From Eimeria praecox (Eukaryota), in the NCBI GenBank assembly GCA_963920595.1, contig OY986946.1:62001-126000 (forward strand): DNA of 64,000 bases, written 5' to 3'. The notes below the pieces were generated by a model. It was given only the letters and a program-made list of their open reading frames with translations, searched no databases and was not told where the DNA came from. The position numbers and the translations under genes were made by a program. How positions within the stretch are numbered: the stretch's first letter is position 1; each line of letters begins with the position of its first letter. Below are positions 24,301 to 36,800 of the stretch, one piece after another.

Positions 24301-26575
24301 TTCAGCTGGCTGTGCGGGGCAAGCTTGTAGAGCTGCCGACCTTGAGAAGAGCAACAAAACGCGAGACTGTCAAAGTATCCGGGACATAGCACTTCCACGC
24401 AGGTAAACGGCCTGCTATCTCCTAGTTTGCAGAGCTATCACTGCCCCGCCGTGGCATAGCGAGCTTGACGAAAACGAAGTGGCACATTCATAAGGTGGGC
24501 CTATGCCAAACGCAAAACAGTTGAACTGCCCTCACATACACGGGCATGTCTGCTTTCACTACCCTCTGCACCGCCATTTGTGTTAGAGAATGACAGCAGC
24601 AAGCTGCGGGTCCCCTGTTCGTTTGTGCAGGCGCCATGGAATCCTACAAATGTGGCGCTGAGTCCCCCATCCACCGCGGCTGTCTCCCTTACTGCCCTTT
24701 CGCGTAGAACAGATCGCGTCATGCAAGAACGGGCAAAACGTGAATTGTGCTAAACGTTTGGCAGGAGTCACCGTGTAGTCGCTGTTCCCTCTTGCCACGT
24801 ATTGCGCTGCAGATATACAACCTAACGAATCCACTGTCGTTGCTTGAACTCTCAGGCTCCGCTTGGCGGATGCACATCGGGTGTCGAAACACACCCTAAC
24901 AGGAGATACAGCAGAAGAGCACGCTTAAAGGTAAAGGGAGCTTCTGCCTCCCCTCATACTGCAAGTTCACAAATTTACATGCATTTATGCATCTACGCCT
25001 AGCAGCCGACAGCCTGAAATGTACTTGCACGCGGAACTGCACCATGAAAAAGAATTGGCTCTAGGTGCCGCTGATTGGCCGCAAGTTGTTAGAGGTGCTT
25101 ATCGCGTTTCATCCATGCAACCCCGGCAGCTAATTATGTGCATACCTCCTGGCCAAAACCGCGCAACACCGCAACGCCAGAGATGGCTTCGCCACATGCA
25201 CACAAGCAAGATGGTGCTTTCACATCCAGGTTCTCTACCTCGCCGCCAAACACTGCACATGCGAGCATCGTGAGACCTAGCTAATTCCACGCTAGGCAAG
25301 CGAACTTAGCCCAAGCATAGGAGCAACTGCACAGGGATGCAATTGAATGGATGGGGCGTTCTTATAGATTGAACCATCTGGTAAGACCAATGATGCACGA
25401 CGACCTTCACCACATCTGGCAATCACCATGCGCTTGGTGACCAAAGGCATGCCGCCCCTTTGCCTCTCAGCGCAATGGTTTAGCCCTATTAGGCATTCGC
25501 CATCTGCTGGTTAGTTCGAACAGAAATGACGAGTTGACAAATTGCAACTACCCGAAACACAAAACAGCATGCCTAATCTCGCCAAGACCGACGCACACTG
25601 CTGCATGAGGATGCGCTTGCGTTAGCTTTGGCTCCGTGAGAGCTTACACAATTCTTGATGCATCCGCAAGGCGTGCCTACTTTGAAAGCAAAGCGGCTTA
25701 ACTGATTCCATTGATCTGGAAATACCCGCCTGAAGTGGGAGCCCTGCTCTCTTCCGTTCCTCAGCGACTACACGATAGCCTACAGATCCTGCGGTTTCTT
25801 TGTGCACGCCCGAAGCGCAAGTGAACAGCTCGTGCTGGAGCTTTGTTGGCGGCTAACCGCCATTCGCTACTCTTGCCGTCAATGGAACAGCTGCCTGAAT
25901 GCATGGCCAGACTGGCCGTCAGTACTGCTGAGCCTTTTCCTTGAAAGGTACACTGCGTTGCCGCTGGTGTCTCGTGCCACTTATTACGCTCTACCTATAT
26001 TCCCTGGCAACTGCACAGGCATCGGTCGCAGTGGCAAGCTCTGCCTTGAAAACGCATACCGCACGCCGAGACACTCCATATCCATAGATAGCCAAGATCA
26101 CGGCGAAACTGGAGACACTCCTGTTGTATACCAAGCTGAAAGTCCACTAATTCGTCCCCATGCACATGCGATTTCCTGCCAACTCTCATACCACCTGAAG
26201 TGTAGTAATGGTTGATACCCACCAGCGGACCCAAAACATAGACACTTCTTCAAAACTACTTCAGGTGTCCTAGGTACTCTTCAAGCTACTAAACGCTTCG
26301 CGTCTGTGCGAGCACGGCAGCTAACGATGTGCATACTTCCTGGTCGCAACAGCGCACTATGCAGCGTCATAAAAGGCTTCGCTGCAAACGCCCCGTCCAT
26401 GCACGAACACGAACTCCATAGCCTCACGATGCGCATGTATCTACGTCCTCGGGCTGCCGTTATTAAACACTCCGTATTCGCACATCGGCAGACAAAACTG
26501 ATCCCTACGCGGGCAAGCGAATAAACCCAAACATGATACCAGCCACACAGCAATCTGTTTGTCTGCGCATGCGCG
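14265..26575. repeat. 6343-bp tandem unit (Y-y-Z-X, six monomers), about 1.94 copies
   Basis: Matching ORFs at 18240/24583, 18676/25019 and 19459/25802. Confidence 0.95.
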
Positions 26576-29500
26576 TTTGGAAAACAGCTTTTTTGTCGGA
26601 GAGCAGCAACACTTGGAAGTGTTCGAAATTCTGCATAGGCATCTCCTGCGTACCGCTGGAGGTCCTGTGGCCCATGCGCGATTAGCTACTGTGCTATCCA
26701 TCCATCAGAAACTGGGCTTCAAGGCCAAACGAAAGTAAGTAACATGCCGACAAAGTGTTCCTAATCTGAACGCAAAACTGGCTGTTTAATCCCTTATAAC
26801 TAGAAACAGTTGTCCTCATTGCATGCGCTGCTGCATTCGGTGCTGCCAAATCACCACACAATGATTTATGGATCCCATGTTCTTCAGTGTGAGCCGCATG
26901 TGGGTGTGCACAATCGATGTTGGACGCCCTGTTCACTGGATCTAGCCCTCCAGGTTTGCCGGGTTCCTGTACAGCAGGTACCACCATGCATTACCAGGCC
27001 AATCGCCAGCGGTGCAGAGCATTTAGCAAACTTCACCGCAGAGTCGATATTGCGTCCTGCCTCCCCAACCCTTTTACACACTTTGCAATGCACGTATCTC
27101 TCGCAACGTGCTCCTCCCGAGTGGCTAGGAGGACGAACGACACCCCAGAACGAAGCTGGTTCCTATTTCTGCTAACACTGCAATTCCCCAGCTATGCAGG
27201 CATTCATCGACGCATCCATTTGTACTTATAGACAGCCTGAAGCACAACAGATCCTAAACCTGTGCCAAAATAATGCATCCGCAAGGGGAGCGTAAGGAGC
27301 GTGGTACAAACGCCTAGGGCTGCTAAACGCTTAGCATCCCCGCATCTCCGGCAGCTAATCATGCGCGCACTTCCTGGAAAAACAGGGTGCGATCTCAGCA
27401 CCAGAGAAAGCTTCCCATAGCGCCCCCGCACCCGCGCGTAACCAAACCACGCACCCCTGCAATGCTCATGCATCCAGAGTCCCTAGGTGACCGCCAAATA
27501 ATCCGCATTTGCACAATGGCTAAAAGAACTGATTTGAATCAAAGCAAGCAAACCAACTAGCATGAAGTGGGAAACGCTTCAGCTGGTTGCATGCAGCAGC
27601 CCTGTAGAATCCCGTCTTCCCGAAAGACCAACAGCAAGCCAAAGTGCCAATACGTCTGAGAGATATCACTTGTGTGCAGACGGCATGCATGCTATTTGCC
27701 TCCAGATACTAGGTTGGCGCTCCACTGCCGTCGTGCTGTGAGGTGGCGAGCTGAAAATGCAGCATCCATATAGTCCACATAGTCGTAAAGCAAACCACCT
27801 CATCGCCGAGCGACAAACCCGACTTGCACTATCAGTTGTGTTTTCCTGTGCTCTCCCCAACAGCAACGAATTGTGCTACCGGGGTCGCGTCTTTTCTTCT
27901 AGCGTCCACTCAGTTATACACACAATAGCCGTGAATGGGCACTGAGCGCGGCTTCGATTTTGCTATTCCTCATATCAACAAAACAGCGTGCACCTAGGCA
28001 AGTCGAATGTGATGTTACTGGTTGGTTGTTTCTTCCTTCTACCAAGGAGTTCCGTGCACATAAACTGCCTCACTAATTCCTCGATATCGTTTCTAACGGC
28101 AGAGGCTTTTTGACAAACGCATACTGCGTATGCAACACCCAGCCACGGTGGAAACGACGCATGAGCACGATTGAAATGATGATGCATTCCTCATAATGCT
28201 AATTCACATATATGCGTGCATTCCGATGGGAATCCATGCTCTCCATAAGCCAGCATGAAATCTGCGAGGTAAGCGCACAACTGCGCCAACAAAGCGGTTA
28301 TGCTCCAGTTGGGTCACATGTGCGCCAAATTGCTAGTGTTGCTATACGCTTCACATCCCCGCAGCGCTGCGCATTTGTAACTGTATGCACACTTCCTGGG
28401 GAAAGAGAGTGCGACACTGTATTTGCAGAGAAGGCTTTCTTAGACTGCCTCCCGACACGCATGTACACGAGCTGCGTCCCCCATCGAAACTTGCACATCT
28501 AACTGCCTTTGGTCGCCCCAGAATACTTCGTACTCCTACACCGGCAGCCGGGGATGGTTTGAGCATGCGCACGTAAACCAAGATCAACCCTTGTACGAAC
28601 TACACAGCGATGCAGCTGGCTGGCTTGGGGGGCCCTTTTCGAATCACTTCTTCTTGGAAGGCAAACAACAATTAAAACCGTTCAGGCGGCCAGGTGACTT
28701 CACCTGCGTGCATAACAAGGGCCTGTTTCCTATATTCCTCTGCCAATTGTGTTGGAGTGCTCCTAGAGCCTTGCCCTGAGGTGCCGAGCTACGATCACGA
28801 CGTGAAACATTTGCGGACTGCACCTTGTCCGAATATAAAGAGCTTGTCTAGTCTCGCTGGACTAGAACCGCCCTCCCACACTACGAGCTCCGCTTCCGTA
28901 TGTGCTACGAAACATCCTAAAAGGAGCTCCCTTTTCTGCGTTGTTTTGTGAAAGCTCCACTCGCGTCCACACAACTTGTGTTCGCCTCAGTGCAGGGCAC
29001 AGCCCACCTTTCGCTACTTCTCTCTTCCCTCCGACGGTTCTAGTGTAATATAACCGGTCTGGGCGTCATCTGTACTGACCCTTCGGCACCAACCTCTACG
29101 TGTTCATTCCTTTGCGTTAGCCTGTCTTTCGCTCCACATAAGCTGCCTCACCGAAAAAGAGTAGCTTCTACTTCTCCTGACGCTGCAGCGTTAAGAGTCC
29201 TAACCCACGCAGATACGTATCAACGGTTGCTCCCCTACAAGCTGAAACGCAAGAGTATCCACCAATGATTCACGACGACAAGCCTCACTCAGGGTGTTGT
29301 ACTAGAGCTTGATTGAGCTGCTAAACGCCTTTTATCTGCATAACCCTAACAGCTAAATGTGTGCATACTTGCTATCCAAAACAGGGCGGGATCGCAATGC
29401 CAGAAAAACCCTCGCCTCACAATCCCTGTAAGCACGCACCCGCCGTGATCTCCCGAAGCTTCCTCATACACGATCTACTCCCCCACCAACTCCTGAGCAC

Positions 29501-32018
29501 ACGGGCATGGGGAGACAGCTGATTCCAGGTCCGGCAGGCCAACCCAGCCCAAGCCTAGTACCAACTGCGCAGCGTCGCAGATAGCCGCAGGAGATTTACT
29601 GGTGTAGGAGTTCTTACTAACGCAATCGCCAGTGTTGAAAAGATCTGGAGGGAACCATGGTGTGTTCTAAACACTGTTCCGGAAGGTACCCAGCTCGAAA
29701 GAAAATCATTTGGCCTGTTAACCACCCATAACTTGCGTCCCCGGAATACCAAGCACCTTACCTAATCCCGGTGGATACGAAACGCCTGCCTGCGCTGCGA
29801 GTGCGCTTTGTTTTTGTGCTACCAACAGCAACGCTTTGCGGAATCCCTTTTTGTGCAAGGGCCAAGTGTGGATTTACACGTGTGGCATTGGTCGCACTAC
29901 AGGCGGTGACCCACCACAAACAAATTGCTGTCCTCCGTAAAACGGTGGGAATCAAGGGTAGCCGGGCTGATTTTCTATACTACTTAACCTTTGGAAGAAT
30001 GCACTGCGCCAACTCTCCTTCATCCTGCCCCCTTTCTCGCTCCACTTATACTGAGTCCCAAACTCAATAGCATCGTGAGTAATATCAGACTCTGTAATGC
30101 ACAAGCACGTTGCATGACCAAACATGCCTTTTCCCTATATATTCAACAGGGAGCAGTGCGAAGCCAGAAAAGCCCATAATTCACTTCACAGTACAACTCC
30201 ACAAGCGCGCATGCACCTGCATAGACAGCCCATTCTACCACGAGACAGCCTCAAATCTAACAGTGCCCGCATCTCCGCGTGATCATCACCTGATTCTTGG
30301 CATACTTTCTGAACACAGAAGCGCGCTATCGGAATACCAGAAAGGCCTTCTCCACACCGTGGCCATACACACGCAAAAACGAACAGTATATCGTTACGAC
30401 CGCCAGAAATGCAGCTTTTCTAGCACACAGGTAAGTACTGCATTACACGCCTACTGCAAGACAGGTAATTTCGATCAGGGCAAGCGGGCCGCAAGCTGAA
30501 GCTTGGCGCCAGCTGCAACATGACGCTGGCTGTGTGCTGCATCCTTGCCTGTTCTGCTTTTACGACAGTTAGAATCGAAGCGTGTGGAGACGAAGAAGAT
30601 TTGGTATGCGCATGAGCTGATACGCCATGTGCCACGCTCGTGCTGGATTATGCAGAGGCAATGTAAGCACTCTGGTGTGGCACGTCAAGCGAAGCTCGAA
30701 GGGACATCAGCGGCATAGCATGGTAAGAGGTTAAACCACTTCTAAGGCGGTAACACAGCTTACCCAACCTCATGAACTCGCAAAATGCCGTCTCGAGGAC
30801 GAGTTCGGCATTGCCTTGAGCAGGCTCCATGCCGATATACGCATATTGGTCGCATTGCTAGCCGCGACCATACGTCCGCTAGCGCAGTGCTGGGCAGAAC
30901 GCCTGTTATCGCAAACAACCGAGCTGGCCTTCACTTCCGCTTAACCGTCGGCTAACACCCCCCCCACAGTCGATGCTCCCTTTTACTAAATACTGTGTTG
31001 CCCATAAGCTGCATCATTCACTCAGGTGTCTTATAATGCCAGCCTACGTCCCGCAAACGCCCATCGCGTATCGAAACACCCAGCCGCAGTAGAAATACGG
31101 CTGAGCTACGAGGATGCCCTACATGTCTGCACATTGCAGAACAATAAATGGGCCGGCACTCAAATACACATCCGCGGATTTCATCCACTAGTCTCCAAAG
31201 GAACAGTACCCACAAATGTTTCAAGAAAACGAGCTTGGTTCAAATTCTCGAGGGATTTTGCAAACTGCTCAAGCTGCTAACCGCTGTGCATCTCCCCCCT
31301 CTTGAAACTAATTATGTGCATACTTTCTGGCCAAGACAGAGCCGGGCCGCCACGCCAGAAGAGGCTCCGCCACACCGCAGCCCAGCATGCACATATCAAA
31401 ATGTTTCGTCCCACGATGCCCCCAAATCCAGTTCTCCTAGCGCGCCTTCGCATGCTGCCCATGCCTGCACCGGCCATACATGCATCGAGAGACAGGGGTG
31501 ATTCCAGCCAGCAAGCAAGCGAACCAGGGTCATATACCAACTGCACAAAGATGCAGCAGGCTGCATGGAGGGCCGTTGTAGGGAGCGGATGACAAACAAA
31601 ACGCTTCGAGTCGTTCAGGCTAAAACTACAGGAAGCCCTGAGTCTGCTTGCTGTCTGCGTCTAGCTACTAGGTTGGAGTGCTGTCATCACATTGCCGTGG
31701 GATACCAAACACAGAGGAAAATGAACGGCATATCTAGAGACTGCAGCTTCTCCGAAAACAAAGCAACCTCCTTCTTTTCTATGCACTAGAAGCACATGCC
31801 TACACTTCGAGATTTGCATTCACCTTTATTACCCAGCAGCTACAGAGCGCACTGCTGGCCTTGGAATCCTTTGTGCAAGCTTCATGCGGATGCACACTCT
31901 CCCGCGGTCACAGTGTCGGGCGCAGCCCTTGACTCGCGATTGCTGTCATCAGCAGGAGGGAGGCCATCATACACAACGGAAGTGGGCGCCGACAACTATT
32001 CCTCCTACCCTTACTGCT

Positions 32019-32055
32019 AGTAGTAGTAGAAGTAGTACTACTAGTACTACCACTC
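32019..32055. repeat. Short degenerate (TAG)n/(CTA)n low-complexity tract
   Basis: AGTAGTAGTAGAAGTAGTACTACTAGTACTACCACT read directly. Confidence 0.7.
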
Positions 32056-33764
32056 CTACAACCATTGCCTTCGGTAGTATTCACCGCGTAGTCGCCGCTT
32101 CCTACTACACGTACTGGGCTGCAATGGCACTGCGTTACCAATACATTTATAACCTTTGTAATATCAGGTTCCCTCTTGCAGGCCTCATATCATAACGCTG
32201 AAACATCGTCCAAGATGCAAGAAACAAGAGCAGTTAAAGCCAAGCCAGCTACTAATTCTTCTAAAATTGCAACGTCACCAGTGGCCCTACCAGCCGCCAG
32301 TCTCAAATCCAGCAGTAGGCACGAATGCGCCAAGTAAATGCATTTGTTTCCTGTTATTTAGACCTGTTGCCAACTGTGCGAGCTGATAAACGCCTCACAT
32401 TTCAGCAACCCTGCCGGTTAATTACTTGCGCACCACCTTGCAAAAAAAAAAGCGCCGGATCGCAACGCCAAAGAAGGCTTCGCCATACCGAGCCTAGACG
32501 CATTGATGCAAAGTACATAACCACACAACACACACACATGGATGTCCCCTTACTCGCAATCACATGCTGTTCAAACGTTCATCGGCCAATCTTCGGATTT
32601 CATGCAAAGCAGCGGAATCGAGCCCAAGCTTAATACCAACATTTCAACGAGGCAGCTGGCAGCATGGCAATTTCTTGCCGAATAGCTTCGTGTCGGAAAT
32701 CCAACAATGGTGGATGCACTTCACACAAAGTGTTTCATTGATTCATTGGCGGCTTACACAATACAGGCTTATGCCCAGAAAACGGTCATCGAGGGAAGAG
32801 ATCCCTCCCCGCCTCCAGCTGCTACCGAATAAAAACATGCTTAGTCATTTCGTCGCACTGCGTGTCCAACAACGTTCGCGCACTCGCATGCACATCCATG
32901 CCTACCAACACATAACTTGAACTGTTACAGCAGGCACAACAATCTAGAAGATAATATTTGCTTCGGATTCTTTAGAGTCGATCCAAACTGTTCGACTCAT
33001 AAACGCATCGCATTTCCGCAACCGCTGGCAGCTTGTTATGCGCGTACATCCTGGCCGCATCACCGAGCGAAGGCAGCCCCAGAAAGGGCGCTGGCAAACT
33101 GCCTCTGTACAGGCGTACACATAAACTGCAAAGCTATACAAGCCGCCGCTATACAAGGCGCCTGACGTTATATGGTTGCTTCGTTAGACCAGTCTGAACT
33201 CACCCGTGCCAATCGAACCAACCGAAAGTCAACTGCACAGCGACGCTTCTGGATGAGCGGTTGTTGTTGCCCAATACCTTCCTGTTAGAGAGACAAACAG
33301 AATCAAAGATCTTCAGGACACTCAAGAGGCATCACGCGTATGCAAGCCGAATGCCTCTTTCTGCTTGCCTCTGCGTACTAATGCTTAGTGTTACCAGCAC
33401 TTGCTCAGATATAGCGCGCTCGAAGAAAAATGAATGGCGCGTGCGCCGCGCCGACTGCGAGTGTAACGGAGCTCAACTAGTCTCGCTGAATCGGGAACAC
33501 TCATTTGCATTACGAGCACCGTTTTCTGCTATACTATCCAGTAACTCCACCATGAGCTGCAGCGTCCGGGTGGCTTTTGTGCAAGCACCATGAGGCTCGA
33601 CACACCTCGTGCTGCCCGTAAAGTCGGTGGCCAAAGGCGCTTCGCTTTTTTCGCTTTCCTAAGAACAGCTGGCATCACACGCAGCCTGTGTAATCGCCCA
33701 ACAGTGCTTTCAAAGTGCTTATGCAAATTACCACATAGCCGCTGCTTTGTGTCGATCCGCGCTG

Positions 33765-33860
33765 CGTTGCGCATAGACTACGCTGCGCACATACTTCGCT
33801 GCGCAGATACTATGCTGCGGAGATACTGCGCTGCGCAGACACTGCGCTGGGCACGTATTG
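33765..33860. repeat. 16-bp minisatellite, 6 degenerate copies (consensus CGCTGCGCAGATACTG)
   Basis: cgttgcgcatagacta / cgctgcgcacatactt / cgctgcgcagatacta / tgctgcggagatactg / cgctgcgcagacactg / cgctgggcacgtattg. Confidence 0.92.
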
Positions 33861-36800
33861 TCTCGCCAGTCCCCTGGCAGACTCTGCCTCGCAAACACGC
33901 GTCGGGCATCCAAATACCCCGCCCGAGTGGAAAGCAAACAAGAGCACCGTCGCGCCTAACAAGCATATTTTCCTTTTCAAAGAGATACTCCATAAGGTTG
34001 CAAGCACTCAAATACCATGGCTGCCATTAGACAGCCTGAACTCCACACGCCACAAGCGCCAATAGATTGCGCTTGCTTCCGCTTTAGCAGAGTCGTTACA
34101 AACTGTGACAGGCGCTGAGAACTACGCACCTCCACAACCCGTGGTTAGGTAATAATGTGCATACTTCCTGCTCAAATAACGGGGCCAACCCCTTGCAGGG
34201 AAATGCATGATGATCACACATTCAGTTCGCGGTGAAAGACCTGATATACCGCACTGCTACACGGCGCTCATTTCAAGCAGGGCAAAGAAGCAACTCCAAG
34301 AATAATATCAACTATTATATGATGCTTCTGGGTAACGGGGCCACCTTGTAGGATAGCGTCCTCTTTTCAGACTACTGGCAGTGAAGAGTGCTCAAAGCGT
34401 TCAGGAGGCGTCGAATGAGTGCGAACAGACAGCGTCCTTCCCATGCGCCTCTATCAACTACGTTCGAGTGCTACCTACAGAGCGCAATGCCGTGCCCGAA
34501 TGAAGATGGACGGCGCACTCATTAACTGGGTTTAGTCTTAACACAAACCAGCTTAACTAATATCGGCGAAACGCACGCATCCATTTGCACTACAAGGTGC
34601 CCTCCCCCCTCTGTAAGCGCCTCGCGAATTCACACTTCTTTGTGACCCATCACAAAGTCTGGTCCTTCCTGTGTTCCCCCAGAGCTACAACATGAACTGC
34701 TGGCCGTGCATTCTTTTCTATGCACGCACCACGCGGACCTACACAACTCATGAATACAACACTGTAGGCCGCAGGCAGCCTGCTGCTACTCGTGCCATCA
34801 GCAGCGCAGTTGTCATCTTAGATACCCGTCCAACTGCCAAATATTTGGCACAAATGTCCGTGTAGTCGCTGCTTCTTCCTACCATGCTTTGCGTCGCTTA
34901 ATACTGCCTTACCAATGCAGTGACGGGCATGCTTCGTAATGCCAAACGCTGTTTTGCTAGTGCATCCAGCGTATCAAAGCACCCGCTCCAAGAGCCTACT
35001 AAACAAGAGCACGGTCGAGAGAAAAGACATTGAGCTTCGGTTCACTTTCCAAATCAACTAGTTTGCCCATATGTACCGATACATTGGTGGCTGCTGGCGT
35101 ACTAGCTGGAACGTTGCAGCACCCACAAGCGCGCCACAACGATAAGCATTCCCTCGAATGCTTCATATGTGTTCATCAGTCTTCGGGATGCTAAACGCTT
35201 CCGCTTTCCACAGAGTATGGCCATTAAGTATCTACACACTTCCTGGGAAGACCAGTGCTTAATCGTGACGGCAGAAAAGTCTTCTCTACATCGCCGCAGT
35301 GCATGGGCCTGCAGAAATTGCATAGCCCCACGATGCTCACGCGTGCAACGCCCCCAGCTTTATGCCTATTATTGTGCATACACGCACATATAGGCGCAGC
35401 TAGTCTTGACGATTTCTCCCGAACCAACCCCAAGCGTAGCCCCAAGCGCACAACGAGGCAGCCGGCTGCATCCGGACTTTCTGCCGAAGCGCTCTTCGGT
35501 GGAAGCGCACCTAGCACCAAACCTATTCACAACATCTGCCAGGCCTCCCGAGTGTGCAGACCGAGGGCCCACTTGCTATTCTGCGCTGCCTACCACTTTG
35601 TAATGCTATCAGCTCTTTGCCGTGAGATGCCGTGCTCGAACCAAAATGGCAAACATTTTCATAAGCCGTGCATACTCCGGTCACAGAACGGCTCATATAA
35701 TCTTGCCTGCGCATATTCACGCAACTGCACCATGAAATGCCAACTGTTTTCTGCTACCCAGCATATTCACAATGCTTTTGTGTGCATTCGCGCAAGTGCC
35801 AAGATGATGTGTAGAAATGATGTTGTCTGAGTCTTGGGCAGGGTTCCGCCCTTCGCTAAGCTAGTTCTCCCCTGAACAACTGCCAGCATGGAACCCCGAG
35901 CTCGCCTTCACTTGTACGAGCCGCTTGATCAAATTGATCGTGTTACCACTGCTCCTTCTTGCTATGCATGTAGTCGTTTGTAGTGCCAGACTCTGTTTCC
36001 CAAATGCATATGGCATATCGAAACACGCAGCCAACGTTGCAACTAACTAAGAATACGCGTAAAGGAAGAGGCGCCTATGCATATCCGTGAATTGCAACAC
36101 AACAGAAGTTCATGCGTTCGCATGCTAACCCATGTTTTCCATCAGGGACAGTGATTCGTAATGATACCCACTGCTGAGCCAACAATGTGAATTTATTTCA
36201 AGTGGGTAAAGCTTGCTTTGAACACGTCGGCACGTTAAAGGCTTCGTGGCAGGTGCTTTTTCACACACTTGCTGGGCACAGCAGAGTCATCGCACGCCAG
36301 AAAGCGCGTCGCCACACTGCCTACGCATAGGCGTGGACACCAACAACAGAACTACACGGTGGCCACACACGCAGCCCTCCCTAGCTCACTGCCAGTTGCT
36401 CTGTATACTCACACTGGCAGAAGGAGCTTATCTGCCAGAGCAGGAGAACTAAACCCAAGCTCAAGAACGCCAGTACAACGAGTCTGTTGTGGGCATGGGG
36501 GGCCCTTGCTGAATCGCTGCTTGGTGGATGATCAACAAAATTGAAGGCTGCTCACGGCGTTCAGTATGCTACACGTGCGTACAGCCCGAGGCCCTGCTTC
36601 CCGTGCTCTTCTAGATGCACCAACACTTCGGCTTGATACACCGAGCTAGACCAAAATCGTAGTTAAGCATGCACTGATATCACGTAGTCTGAACACAAAA
36701 TAGCTTGAATGATCTTGTCGAACCAGAACCACATCCCTCAGCTGGAAGCTCCACCTTCCGTTGTTTTACCAAACAGCTGCACAATGAGGTCCATTTTCTT

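Larger units (their letters stand above)
9688..26575. repeat. Nested higher-order repeat block, order X-Y-Y-y-Z-X-Y-y-Z-x
   Basis: X = 9688-11257, 19038-20607, 25381-~26575 (partial). Y = 11258-14264, 14265-17272, 20608-23614. Partial y = 17273-18314, 23615-24657. Z = 18315-19037, 24658-25380. Offsets of 3007/8, 6342/3 and 9350 bp are confirmed by repeated ORF coordinates. Confidence 0.96.
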
